Under the pieces are notes generated by a model. The model ran no database searches. It saw nothing but the letters and a program-made list of their open reading frames with translations, and was not told where the DNA came from. The translations under genes and the position numbers were made by a program. A stretch of 64,000 nt of DNA from an uncultured Clostridia bacterium (GTDB lineage: Bacteria; Bacillota; Clostridia; Christensenellales; UBA3700): NCBI GenBank assembly GCA_947038565.1, contig CAMQWP010000006.1:27504-91503 (forward strand), read 5' to 3'. Shown here one piece after another: positions 27,661-36,941 of the stretch. How positions within the stretch are numbered: the stretch's first letter is position 1; each line of letters starts with the position of its first letter.

Positions 27661-29172
27661 TCAATTAACTATATTAGTATTGTTCTTATCATTTGAGTTA
27701 TTTCTATTGCGGTATATTTTCATGCCGAGCGGTATTAGTATCAGTGAGAAGAATATTGTTATTATTATAGTAGATAATACTAGTCTTGTGAAAATATGTA
27801 AGCCAGTATATGAGTTTGATATCAGTGCAACTAGTGCAGCTATTGCAAGTGAAATCACTGCTATTAGCAATGCAGCATAGTTATAGTTGCCACTCATTTC
27901 AGTAGTTTTCAGTAGTTTTATACTGTTTAGTACTAGTCCTAGAGTGTGGTACACGAATAGTCCAAGAGGATATGCAAATATATTCAAGCTATCAGCTGAT
28001 AATCCGATCGTCGCAACAAGTCCGATAGAGCAGACTATACACACGCTAAATGTCCAGTTTTCTTTGCCTAAAGTATTCAGTACTGAGGTGGTAAGTTGAT
28101 TTAAAACTAATGGGATCGTGACAAGTGATGAGTAGACTATCATATTGCCGACGGCAGGATCGTCATAAAATAATGTAGCTACATCTCTTCCGCACACGAG
28201 AAATATCGCCATAAAAAACCCTGATACTGCTATAGAAAACAGTATAGAACTGCGTACTTTTGTATGTATGCTTTTCATACCATGCTTAGACACGTCACTT
28301 GCTAGTTCGGGGATCATTACGATGATAAGTGAGCTAACTATAGTGCCTGGTGCCATGATTATAGGCATAGCCATTCCACTCATTCTACCGAATTCGGCGG
28401 TAGCTTCAGACATGGTAAGACCTGCACGTACAAGTAATGATGGTAGTATGAGTGCGGTCATTGACGCGATAAGTGATGTGATAATACGTGTAGTGGTGAT
28501 AGGTGCAGATGCCGAAGTCAGCTCGTGGATATGTCTTGGCTTAGACATTTTGCCACCCATGAAGATGAATGCTATAATAAGCACTATCATACATACCCCA
28601 TCAGCAATAGAGTGTGCTAGAGCAAGAGTGTTATACTCGCTATCTACATATACTTTGCTTGCAAGCAATATTAATACTGTTATAATAAGCATTGCCTCGT
28701 CTAAAGTCTCTACTAGAGAATAGGCGAGGTATTTCTTTTTGCCCCAAAACCACGCTCGTAGAGTTGCGTAAATACTGCCTGCTATCATTGCTGGTAGCAA
28801 TAGTAAGAATACAGAATGACACTTCTCGTTTGAAAAAAGTAAATTTAGAACACTAGGGAAAAGCATGAAAAAAGCACATATCGTAGTCGATATGAGAGTG
28901 GTCATGATCAGTGTGCTAGTGAGCAAACTGTCCGAGTGAGTGTAGTCTCCTATAGCATCGTACTGTGCAATTTTCCTTGAAAGAGTGACAGGAAAGCCAC
29001 TAGAAGAAAAGCACATGAACATGAATAATGTAGAGCATGCTATATGGAATACGCCGATATTTTCCGCACCTAGTCGCCTAGATAGGAATACGTGAAAGAC
29101 AAAAGACATAAGTCTTGTTAAGACACTGAATGCAGTGACTACCATAAAGGATTTATATAATTTCTTAATCAT
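27661..29172 (-). CDS. MOP-superfamily flippase (SpoVB / polysaccharide biosynthesis protein-like)
   Basis: 503 aa and polytopic (about 14 TM). The N-terminus ...VLTRLMSFVFHVFLSRRLGAENIGVF resembles the SpoVB/MurJ-type family. Confidence 0.65.
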   Translation of the reverse strand: MIKKLYKSFMVVTAFSVLTRLMSFVFHVFLSRRLGAENIGVFHIACSTLFMFMCFSSSGFPVTLSRKIAQYDAIGDYTHSDSLLTSTLIMTTLISTTICAFFMLFPSVLNLLFSNEKCHSVFLLLLPAMIAGSIYATLRAWFWGKKKYLAYSLVETLDEAMLIITVLILLASKVYVDSEYNTLALAHSIADGVCMIVLIIAFIFMGGKMSKPRHIHELTSASAPITTTRIITSLIASMTALILPSLLVRAGLTMSEATAEFGRMSGMAMPIIMAPGTIVSSLIIVMIPELASDVSKHGMKSIHTKVRSSILFSIAVSGFFMAIFLVCGRDVATLFYDDPAVGNMIVYSSLVTIPLVLNQLTTSVLNTLGKENWTFSVCIVCSIGLVATIGLSADSLNIFAYPLGLFVYHTLGLVLNSIKLLKTTEMSGNYNYAALLIAVISLAIAALVALISNSYTGLHIFTRLVLSTIIITIFFSLILIPLGMKIYRNRNNSNDKNNTNIVN

Positions 29173-29226
29173 ATTATATCATATTGAGAGAAAAGGTAAA
29201 ATAGAATAGATTATATAGGAGGATAT

Positions 29227-29520
29227 ATGAAATATTTGCATAAGGTCAGGAATGGCGAGAGTTTGAATAGTATTAGTAACAGATACGAGGTGGCAACAAG
29301 AGAAGTATTAAATGATAATAATATCACGCGTGAGGCTGTGCGAGAAGGGTTAATATTATGTATTAATAAAATAAATGAAAAGCGTCACATCGTAAAACCC
29401 TTTGAAACACTAGACAAGATATCAGCTAAATACAGTGTATCAAAAGAAAAAATACGACAATTTAATAAAATCACTGAAGTGTTTGTAGGTGAGATAATCT
29501 ATATTCCATCAGTATTGTAG
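29227..29520 (+). CDS. Small protein with two LysM domains
   Basis: LysM-like repeats YLHKVRNGESLNSISNRYEV...VLNDNNI and HIVKPFETLDKISAKYSVSKEKIRQFNKI. No signal peptide. Confidence 0.7.
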   Translation: MKYLHKVRNGESLNSISNRYEVATREVLNDNNITREAVREGLILCINKINEKRHIVKPFETLDKISAKYSVSKEKIRQFNKITEVFVGEIIYIPSVL

Positions 29521-29580
29521 GAATTAATTAGCATAATGTGTACAAGTTGTCGCATATGTTAATGTATTGGAGGTATAAAA

Positions 29581-29979
29581 ATGAAAAATAAATTGAGTTT
29601 TAAAAAAAGTGACATGTTGGATGTAATCAAAAGTGTACTAATATCGGTGGTGACTTGCCTATTATTAGTGTTATCATTTGCTATGATAATGAAGTTTGCA
29701 GAGCTTCCCGAGTCAGTGATATTGCCAGTAAATATAATGATAAAATGTATAAGTGTAGTGACAGGTATATTATTCGGGCTGAAAACAGCAGAGCATGGAG
29801 CATTAAAAGGTCTTATGTCAGGTCTTTTATTCGTGCTTATTACATACCTATTATTTTCTATAATTAATGGTGATTTTACACTATCAATTATGTCACTAAT
29901 AGATAGTATAATCATGCTTGTTCAAGGTGTAATTACTGGCGTTATCGTCGTAAATATCAAGGGTAAAAGGTCGAATTAA
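29581..29979 (+). CDS. Small polytopic membrane protein (TIGR04086/YrzE-like)
   Basis: 132 aa with 4 predicted TM segments. GGAGG Shine-Dalgarno site. Its stop lies 1 nt before the spoIIIAA ATG. Confidence 0.45.
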   Translation: MKNKLSFKKSDMLDVIKSVLISVVTCLLLVLSFAMIMKFAELPESVILPVNIMIKCISVVTGILFGLKTAEHGALKGLMSGLLFVLITYLLFSIINGDFTLSIMSLIDSIIMLVQGVITGVIVVNIKGKRSN

Positions 29980-29980
29980 T

Positions 29981-30832
29981 ATGAAACCCGAGCTTAAAAA
30001 ATTGCTTTCTCCTAGTATATATAACAACACATATCGGCTAGGGAATGTGACTGAAATAAGAATACGTATAGGTCGGAGTCTTGTCGTCTTATCGCGTACA
30101 CGCCGTGTTAAGTGCGACTATATATGTAGTAAAAGTGATATAGAATACGTGCTTGCGGTAGCATCAGGACACTCATTGTATGCTGTAGAAGAAAGTATAA
30201 GGCTAGGATATATAGCCTGTGAAGGTGGTATTAGAGTAGGTTTAGTAGGTGAGGCGGTGACAAATAATGGTGTGCTTGTTACGCTGAAAAATATATCATC
30301 AGTGGTAATTCGTGTGCCTACAGAGTCAGGACATATATCGAGTACTATATTGCCTATATTAAATAATTTTACTAGTACGCTTATAGTATCTCCGCCATAC
30401 GGTGGTAAGACTACGCTACTACGTGAGATGGTGAAAAGAATATCAAACCATGATCAAGATATCCTCGTCATAGATGAGAGGAATGAGCTATCGGCTACGG
30501 TAAATGGTATTGCTACATTAGACTTAGGAGATAACACTGATGTGATGATGGGGGTAGATAAAGTATCTTGCTATGAAAGTGCAGTTCGAACAATGTCGCC
30601 TAGAATAATTGCAACTGATGAGATATTTGGAAACCGTGAAATAGACTGTATTATAGACGCTAAAAGGTGTGGAATATCGGTACTAGCAACAGTCCACGGT
30701 AGTAGCATTGATAGCGTAATTAGTGACAAGAACTATGCACGACTAATACCTATTATGGATAATTATATTGAGCTATCAATATTACCAAAAGCAGGGACTG
30801 TATCAGAAGTAAGATGTAATTGCTTATGCTGA
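29981..30832 (+). CDS. spoIIIAA: Stage III sporulation protein AA (ATPase)
   Basis: Walker A SPPYGGKTTLLREM and Walker B ILVIDERNEL. It is the first gene of an eight-gene array that matches spoIIIA in order and sizes. Confidence 0.9.
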   Translation: MKPELKKLLSPSIYNNTYRLGNVTEIRIRIGRSLVVLSRTRRVKCDYICSKSDIEYVLAVASGHSLYAVEESIRLGYIACEGGIRVGLVGEAVTNNGVLVTLKNISSVVIRVPTESGHISSTILPILNNFTSTLIVSPPYGGKTTLLREMVKRISNHDQDILVIDERNELSATVNGIATLDLGDNTDVMMGVDKVSCYESAVRTMSPRIIATDEIFGNREIDCIIDAKRCGISVLATVHGSSIDSVISDKNYARLIPIMDNYIELSILPKAGTVSEVRCNCLC

Positions 30833-31317
30833 TACTAGGCGGTATAATATGCGTCGCAAGTGCATTTATTGGGCTATGTATTAAAAAAATATATAAAGGG
30901 CGAATGCAGTTCTGTTGCGAGATGGAAAAATTTATCGAGTTGGTCGTACGTGAAATAGAGAGTAGTAAAACACCTTTTATAAGGATAGTAGAAGAGTATA
31001 CTACACTATCAAGTAACGACTTTTGTAATGGGTTAAAGTGCTATATTGATATAAGTAAAACAGGCGTATTAAGTGCGGATAAAATACAGTCTATTAGCTG
31101 GAAAACAGCAGATAAAAATGATGAAAATATAATAAAAAGCATGCTTGTAAGTATAGGAAAATATGACAGTAAAACTCAGCTTGAGAGTGTCAGGAAGTCA
31201 CTGGATATGGCGAGAAAAAGACTGGATTTTCAGACGAAAAAGTATAACAAAGAAGGTGTCATGGCATTTAACTTATCGGTACTAATAGGTTTAGTAGTGC
31301 TTATAATATTTGCCTAA
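30820..31317 (+). CDS. spoIIIAB: Stage III sporulation protein AB
   Basis: 165 aa with an N-terminal TM, a helical domain and a C-terminal TM. Assigned by position. The start is TTG 30820 or ATG 30826, both overlapping the spoIIIAA stop. Confidence 0.8.
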   Translation: MLMLILGGIICVASAFIGLCIKKIYKGRMQFCCEMEKFIELVVREIESSKTPFIRIVEEYTTLSSNDFCNGLKCYIDISKTGVLSADKIQSISWKTADKNDENIIKSMLVSIGKYDSKTQLESVRKSLDMARKRLDFQTKKYNKEGVMAFNLSVLIGLVVLIIFA

Positions 31318-31328
31318 AAGGGAGAGGT

Positions 31329-31526
31329 ATGGAGATAGATATCATATTCAAGATAGCAGGGATTGGACTGGTTACGTGGGTGATTAATGCAGTACTGAAA
31401 AAAGCTGATAAAGACGAGATCGCATCATTTGTATCTATTGCTGGTCTTATTATAGTACTCTCGATAGTACTTGATATGGTCGGCGGATTGTTTGACAGTA
31501 TCAAGGCAATATTGAGGTTGTATTAA
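31329..31526 (+). CDS. spoIIIAC: Stage III sporulation protein AC
   Basis: A 65-aa, two-TM protein (FKIAGIGLVTWVINAVLKKADKDE...). Assigned by position. Confidence 0.85.
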   Translation: MEIDIIFKIAGIGLVTWVINAVLKKADKDEIASFVSIAGLIIVLSIVLDMVGGLFDSIKAILRLY

Positions 31527-31912
31527 TGGATATTTTCAAAGTGATAAGTATCGGTATAATCGGTGCAGTTATATCATTAATGCTGAAGTCAACTAAGTCC
31601 GAGTTTAGTATAATGACCGTACTCGCAACTGGCATAATTATTATAATACTAGTACTATCTTCTCTTACTGATGTTATAATAGCATTTAATCAAATAGTAG
31701 AAAAATCGGGCTTAGACAGTAGATTGTTTTCAGGGCTATTGAAGATAGTTGGTATCGGTTATTTAACAGAATATTCTAGTAGTATGTGTCAAGATATGGG
31801 AGCAGGGTCTATAGGAAAAAAAATACAATTTGCAGGCAAAATAACTATATTCTTAATGGCAATGCCTATAGTCACAGCACTGATAAATACCGTTGCGAGT
31901 TTGCTTGAGTAG
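31526..31912 (+). CDS. spoIIIAD: Stage III sporulation protein AD
   Basis: A 128-aa membrane protein. Its start overlaps the spoIIIAC stop as TAATG. It contains LKIVGIGYLTEYSSSMCQDMG. Confidence 0.85.
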   Translation: MDIFKVISIGIIGAVISLMLKSTKSEFSIMTVLATGIIIIILVLSSLTDVIIAFNQIVEKSGLDSRLFSGLLKIVGIGYLTEYSSSMCQDMGAGSIGKKIQFAGKITIFLMAMPIVTALINTVASLLE

Positions 31913-31958
31913 TTACGATATAAATACATTTACAAAATACTAGATAAGGAGAAATATA

Positions 31959-33191
31959 ATGCTAATTAATGCAATAAAAGGATATACTAAACCGAAGTGT
32001 AAATTTGTAAAATCACAAGCAATTATTCTCGTTATATTTATGATGATTATAATAGCAATTACTTTGATACCAAGCGTATCTGGAGAAGGTCAAAACTTAG
32101 CGGATATAGAAAATCAGCTTACCGATAATATTGCTGATAGACTGGACGAGCTAGACTTATCAGAACTAGAAGAATTTGAAAAAATGCTAAATCAAGATAA
32201 GATATATGATGGGGGAGTTAAACAGCTTGTCGAGGATATAATATCGGGTGATTTTATAGGTAGTCCGGAGAAGGTGTTTGACCTTATGTTATCTATATTC
32301 GGATTGTCAGTAAAAGGTATGATTCCATTGCTGATAACTCTTGTCGCAATTGCTATAATTTTTAGCATACTAAAAGGACTTTCTAGTGGGTTTATGTCTA
32401 AGTCTACAACAGAGCTGATCTACTTTGTTTGTTACTCTGCTATGATAGTTTTACTCATGACGTCTATCGCGGGGCTAGTAAAATCGACGGTTGACACTAT
32501 TCAAACCATGTCCAAATTAATGGATATTGTATTCCCAGTATTGATCACTTTAGTTACATCTTTGGGTGGCGTTGTTACGGCAGGTATTTATCAACCTATG
32601 ATGGCTATTTTATCAGTCGGTTGTTCGGGTATTATCAATGCATTTATAATGCCATGTTTTATAGCTACAATGGTGCTATCAATAGTCGGCTACATATCAA
32701 ACAATGTTCGCCTAGAAAAACTAACAAAATTCTTTAAATCTGCGGGAGGGGTTGTGCTTGGGTGCGTGTTCAGTTTGTTTATGACTTTTGTGACTATTCA
32801 AGGTATCACGGGAGCTGTGGCAGATAATATTTCTGTCAAGTCGGCTAAGTTTGCAATATCAAGTTATGTACCTATATTGGGTGGGTATTTATCGGATGGT
32901 TTTGACCTCGTGCTTGCCTCAGTTGTACTTGTGAAAAACTCTATAGGAATGTGCAGTGTTTTGATAATGATTTCTATAGTTTTAGCACCAGTGATCAATA
33001 TTGCAATTTTCCTATTAGGACTTAGACTTATATCAGGAATAATAGAACCGATTGGCGACAAGAGAATGAGTGAAATACTATATGCAATAAGTGAGAATTT
33101 AACTCTATTGATCGCAGCGATATTAGGTATGGCATTCATGTTTTTCCTTATGGTAGGACTAGTTATAATGACATGCAATATGGGGGTGTAG
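31959..33191 (+). CDS. spoIIIAE: Stage III sporulation protein AE
   Basis: A 410-aa polytopic membrane protein with an N-terminal signal/TM and an acidic loop. Size and position fit. Confidence 0.85.
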   Translation: MLINAIKGYTKPKCKFVKSQAIILVIFMMIIIAITLIPSVSGEGQNLADIENQLTDNIADRLDELDLSELEEFEKMLNQDKIYDGGVKQLVEDIISGDFIGSPEKVFDLMLSIFGLSVKGMIPLLITLVAIAIIFSILKGLSSGFMSKSTTELIYFVCYSAMIVLLMTSIAGLVKSTVDTIQTMSKLMDIVFPVLITLVTSLGGVVTAGIYQPMMAILSVGCSGIINAFIMPCFIATMVLSIVGYISNNVRLEKLTKFFKSAGGVVLGCVFSLFMTFVTIQGITGAVADNISVKSAKFAISSYVPILGGYLSDGFDLVLASVVLVKNSIGMCSVLIMISIVLAPVINIAIFLLGLRLISGIIEPIGDKRMSEILYAISENLTLLIAAILGMAFMFFLMVGLVIMTCNMGV

Positions 33192-33192
33192 T

Positions 33193-33645
33193 ATGACTGC
33201 GTGGTTGCTAAGTATTGTAGGAGTAGTTTCTCTTGGCGTACTATTAGAAATATTGCTTGAAGACGGAGAAACATCAAAGTACATAAAAGGAGTTTTTGCA
33301 ATAGCTGTGGTATTAGTTATAGTCGCACCGCTACCTAAATTCTTTAAAAAAGATTGGGATTTTAATGCTTTTTTTAATGGTAAATTACATCAACCTAATC
33401 AAGAGTTTGTAGACAATATAAATGAGTCACAGCTAGCGTCAGTAGAAAAGTATTTGGAAAGCAAGCTAGTCGAAAAAGGTTTTGATATCATTGAAGTGCG
33501 TATTACTTATGAGAAGAATGGTCGAAAAGTATCCAGAGTAGAAGTATGGGCGAAGAGTGTTGATAATACGCAGGAAGTGAAAGAATGTGTTGTGTTAAAT
33601 ATAAATGTAGAAATAGAAAACGTAATAGTACATAATGATAGTTGA
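33193..33645 (+). CDS. spoIIIAF: Stage III sporulation protein AF
   Basis: 150 aa with two N-terminal TM segments and a soluble C-terminal domain. Assigned by position. Confidence 0.8.
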   Translation: MTAWLLSIVGVVSLGVLLEILLEDGETSKYIKGVFAIAVVLVIVAPLPKFFKKDWDFNAFFNGKLHQPNQEFVDNINESQLASVEKYLESKLVEKGFDIIEVRITYEKNGRKVSRVEVWAKSVDNTQEVKECVVLNINVEIENVIVHNDS

Positions 33646-33711
33646 TATATCCTGATTCGTGGATTAATTGAAATGAAAAATAGTTATATTATGAGGAGGT
33701 GAAAAGGGATA

Positions 33712-34302
33712 GTGGAAAAAGATAATATTATAGATAAAAGAGACGATGAACCGGATGTGAAAATCGACTGTAAAGAAAGTGATAATAAAGATAAAGTAGC
33801 TAATTCTTTTATAAGCAAAATTAAACAAGTAAAACATAAAGAAATAATTATTGCGATATTAGTCATACTGGTATGTTTGGTTGCATATACATTCTATGTA
33901 AGTAGCGATAAAGAACCAGATAAAAATGTCGATATAGGAAGTCGCACTCTTACTAGTGAGCTAGAAGAAATGCTAGGGTACATAAGCGGTGTTGGTGATG
34001 TTAAACTTATAATAGTATACAATGGCGGAGATAGCTTAGAGATAGCGTCGACTATAGATAAGACTACTACATCTGTCGAAGAGGATGGACGCGTTACGGT
34101 GACGGTAGACGAGGTGTCGACTCCAGTACTAGATGATAGTGGTAATCCGTTAGTGATAGGAGAGACAAGGGCGGAGATAGAAGGAGTATTAGTAGTGTGT
34201 GAAGGTGGAGATGATCCGAAAGTAAGAGTAGAGATTATGTCTGCGTTAGCAAATTTATTAAATGTGAAATATGATAGCATAAATGTGCTGGATATGGAAT
34301 AG
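33712..34302 (+). CDS. spoIIIAG: Stage III sporulation protein AG
   Basis: 196 aa with a charged N-terminus, a single TM, and a C-terminal domain containing IEGVLVVCEGGDDPKVRVEIMSAL, the YscJ/FliF-like ring fold signature. GTG start. Confidence 0.85.
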   Translation: MEKDNIIDKRDDEPDVKIDCKESDNKDKVANSFISKIKQVKHKEIIIAILVILVCLVAYTFYVSSDKEPDKNVDIGSRTLTSELEEMLGYISGVGDVKLIIVYNGGDSLEIASTIDKTTTSVEEDGRVTVTVDEVSTPVLDDSGNPLVIGETRAEIEGVLVVCEGGDDPKVRVEIMSALANLLNVKYDSINVLDME

Positions 34303-34332
34303 ATTATATTAAAGTAATTGGAGGTTGTAATT

Positions 34333-34845
34333 ATGAAAATGAAATTGACAGAGAATAAGAAGAAACTTATCGTATTATGTAGTATGGTGATGTTGCTAGT
34401 GGTGGCGGGAACGCTTAACATCGTGCTGAACATGAGCCTGATTGATGGTGGTGGTGATACTCCTCCAGTAGGCGGAGAGGTAGCTACATTCTATACAGAA
34501 TTATCGGCTAACCGTGAGCTTAGAAAGAATGAGCAGCTTGTATTACTAGATAGCATTATCAATGGCGAGAACTCTACAGAGGCAGCAATCGTTGAGGCTG
34601 AAGAGAAAAAACTAGCTATATGTGCTAATATCCAAACTGAGATGGTTATTGAGTCAGTGATCAAAGCTCAAGGCTATGATAATGTAGCGGTAGTTATAGG
34701 TAATGACAATATCAATATTTTTGTTGATCAACCTACACTATCTCAAGAGCAACTTGCGGGTATTTTTAATGTAGTGAAAGAACATACTAGTTACGACATT
34801 AATCAAGTATCAGTAAGCCCAACAGTAGTAGAGACAGTTGAGTAA
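34333..34845 (+). CDS. spoIIIAH: Stage III sporulation protein AH
   Basis: About 170 aa with an N-terminal TM and a C-terminal domain. It is the last gene of the array. ATG 34333 follows GGAGG (the track start is TTG 34318). Confidence 0.8.
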   Translation: MKMKLTENKKKLIVLCSMVMLLVVAGTLNIVLNMSLIDGGGDTPPVGGEVATFYTELSANRELRKNEQLVLLDSIINGENSTEAAIVEAEEKKLAICANIQTEMVIESVIKAQGYDNVAVVIGNDNINIFVDQPTLSQEQLAGIFNVVKEHTSYDINQVSVSPTVVETVE

Positions 34846-34953
34846 AATATCTACATAAAATACGGTTGAATTGGTAGGATAAAAATCAAGTATTGTCTAA
34901 TTGCATTGATGATCAATGTGACGAGGCAAAGGGTCTAACTAATAATTAATTGA

Positions 34954-34990
34954 CGGTAGCGTGCTATAAAAGTATGCTGCTGTTTTTTTT
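34954..34990 (+). terminator. Probable terminator of the spoIIIA operon
   Basis: An 11-bp stem, CGGTAGCGTGC / GTATGCTGCTG, that needs 4 G-U pairs, with a 7-nt loop and T8 at 34983-34990. Confidence 0.55.
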
Positions 34991-35183
34991 CTGTCATAAT
35001 CATTTATAATCATGAGTATACACATAAACCACTACCAAAGCTATTATCTAGTATAACTCTATTTATCACTAAGCAAATGTATAGGATAGAGTAATGAATT
35101 GTATAAAAATATTAAAATAAACCTATTAATAATACTTGCAAGATAATTATTAATGTGTAAATGTATAATTTGTAAATAAGTAC

Positions 35184-35212
35184 TTGATTTCGGAGTATAA
35201 TTATGCTATAAT
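35184..35212 (+). promoter_or_regulatory. Candidate sigma-A promoter of the asp23-nusB-folD... operon
   Basis: TTGATT (35184-35189), a 17-nt spacer ending in TGc, then TATAAT (35207-35212). Confidence 0.55.
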
Positions 35213-35260
35213 ATCATATAAATAAGCTATAAGGTTATAATACCACGTAAGGAGAAATAT

Positions 35261-35599
35261 ATGGGAAATAATGTGAATATAGATACTTACCTAAGTATCA
35301 TGACTTCTATAATCACTGGATCGTCTGCTAGAGTAGAGGGCGTAGCGTCTATAGGCATGGATAATGGCTCTATAATGGACAAATTCAGTTTCAATAAGTC
35401 CGATAAGGGTATAGAAGTGGAGATCACTTCTAATAACCAAGTAATCGTATCAGTAGTTATAAATGTAAAGTACGGTTACAAGATACCAGAGTTGGTAAGT
35501 AGACTACAGGACTATATCAAAAAAGAAATAGAAAACACTACTCATTACAGCGTCAAGTCGATTAATGTAAATGTAGTGGGCGTGACATTCCCGTCTTAG
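35261..35599 (+). CDS. Asp23/Gls24 family envelope stress protein
   Basis: 112 aa. RVEGVASIG...KGIEVEI...VINVKYGYKIPELVSRLQDYIKKEIENTT...VNVNVVGV matches the Asp23 pattern. Confidence 0.85.
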   Translation: MGNNVNIDTYLSIMTSIITGSSARVEGVASIGMDNGSIMDKFSFNKSDKGIEVEITSNNQVIVSVVINVKYGYKIPELVSRLQDYIKKEIENTTHYSVKSINVNVVGVTFPS

Positions 35600-35692
35600 A
35601 GAGAAGTGAAGTATGACCACTATCTATGATTGAAAGTAGGTGTATGGGCAGTAATTAAATAATTAAGTTTAGAAGATATAAAGGAAGTATTT

Positions 35693-36100
35693 ATGAATAA
35701 TAGGATGAAAGCAAGAGAGTATGCGTACAAGTTAATTTTTAGTAATATATTTACTGGCGACCGTGATGAAGTGTTATTTGACGAGATCAAAGCGGACAGC
35801 GATATGAATGATGAGGATATCAAGTATATAAACCTTACTTATGATAACGTGATAAATAATCAAGACGATATCAAAGGTTACATATCAAAATATTCAATAG
35901 GTTATGATATATCTAGAGTGTACAAGCCTGACCTTGCAGTATTAATGCTTGCAATAGGCGAGATGAAGTACAATGATGAGATACCTCTAGGAGTTGCTAT
36001 AAACGAAGCTGTAACTATCAGTAAGAAGTATTCGACTACAAAGAGCGGATCATTCGTAAACGGTTTATTAGCAAGTGTATACAAGGAGTTAAACGTATAA
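35693..36100 (+). CDS. nusB: Transcription antitermination factor NusB
   Basis: 135 aa. AREYAYKLIF...LAIGEMKY.DEIPLGVAINEAVTISKKY..TKSGSFVNGLLA. Confidence 0.9.
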   Translation: MNNRMKAREYAYKLIFSNIFTGDRDEVLFDEIKADSDMNDEDIKYINLTYDNVINNQDDIKGYISKYSIGYDISRVYKPDLAVLMLAIGEMKYNDEIPLGVAINEAVTISKKYSTTKSGSFVNGLLASVYKELNV

Positions 36101-36101
36101 T

Positions 36102-36941
36102 ATGCAAATAATTAATGGCAAAGAAGTATCAAAGAGTACTAGAGATAAAGTAAAAGTAATGGTTAATGATTTCGTAGCAGACAAAGGCAGAGTGCCATGT
36201 CTTGCAGTGATATTAGTAGGAGAAGACCCTGCAAGCCATACTTATGTCAAAAATAAAATTCTTGGTTGCGAAGAAGTCGGCATGAAGTCACTTACTTTCC
36301 GCGAGAGCAAGGACTCTACTGATGAGCATGTTGCCGAGATTATTAAGAGCTTAAGCAGTGATGAGACTGTAGATGGCATATTAGTACAATTGCCATTACC
36401 TAAGCATTTAGATGAGAGGTATCTACTTAGTCTTATACCTGACTGTAAGGATGTAGACGGTTTTAGTCCTAATAACTTAGGACTTCTTGCTATGAATACT
36501 CCTAGGACAGTTAGCTGTACGCCTTACGGTGTTATGGAGTTGCTTGCGTCTACGGGCGTAGATGTTGCGGGTAAGAATGCTGTAGTTATCGGTAGAAGCA
36601 ATACTGTAGGTAAGCCTATGGCTATGCTCCTACTTAATGCGAATGCTACCGTTACAGTATGTCACTCAAAGACTGTGAACCTAAAAGAGATAACAAGTAA
36701 TGCTGATATCCTTATCGCAGCTATTGGTATACCAAACTTCGTGACTGAAGACATGGTCAAAGAAGGTGCTATAGTTATAGATGTCGGTATTAATAGAGTA
36801 GATGGTAAGTTATGTGGTGATGTTGATTTTGCAAACGTGAGTAGCAAGTGTTCACACATATCACCTGTTCCAGGCGGAGTAGGGCCTATGACTATATCTA
36901 TGTTGCTATACAATACATTAATGGCTGCTAAGTATGAGTAG
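36102..36941 (+). CDS. folD: Bifunctional methylenetetrahydrofolate dehydrogenase/cyclohydrolase
   Basis: PCLAVILVGEDPASHTYVKNK, VIGRSNTVGKPMAMLL and PVPGGVGPMT. Confidence 0.96.
   Translation: MQIINGKEVSKSTRDKVKVMVNDFVADKGRVPCLAVILVGEDPASHTYVKNKILGCEEVGMKSLTFRESKDSTDEHVAEIIKSLSSDETVDGILVQLPLPKHLDERYLLSLIPDCKDVDGFSPNNLGLLAMNTPRTVSCTPYGVMELLASTGVDVAGKNAVVIGRSNTVGKPMAMLLLNANATVTVCHSKTVNLKEITSNADILIAAIGIPNFVTEDMVKEGAIVIDVGINRVDGKLCGDVDFANVSSKCSHISPVPGGVGPMTISMLLYNTLMAAKYE

Noticed and set aside
26922-34433. Multiple 60-180-aa ORFs antisense to the DUF421 gene, the SpoVB-like gene, spoIIIAE and spoIIIAG (e.g. 28268-28723, 32864-33301, 33894-34433)
   Set aside because: All overlap strongly supported genes on the other strand. 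They lack ribosome-binding sites and have low-complexity Ser/Thr/Ile composition, so they are shadow ORFs.
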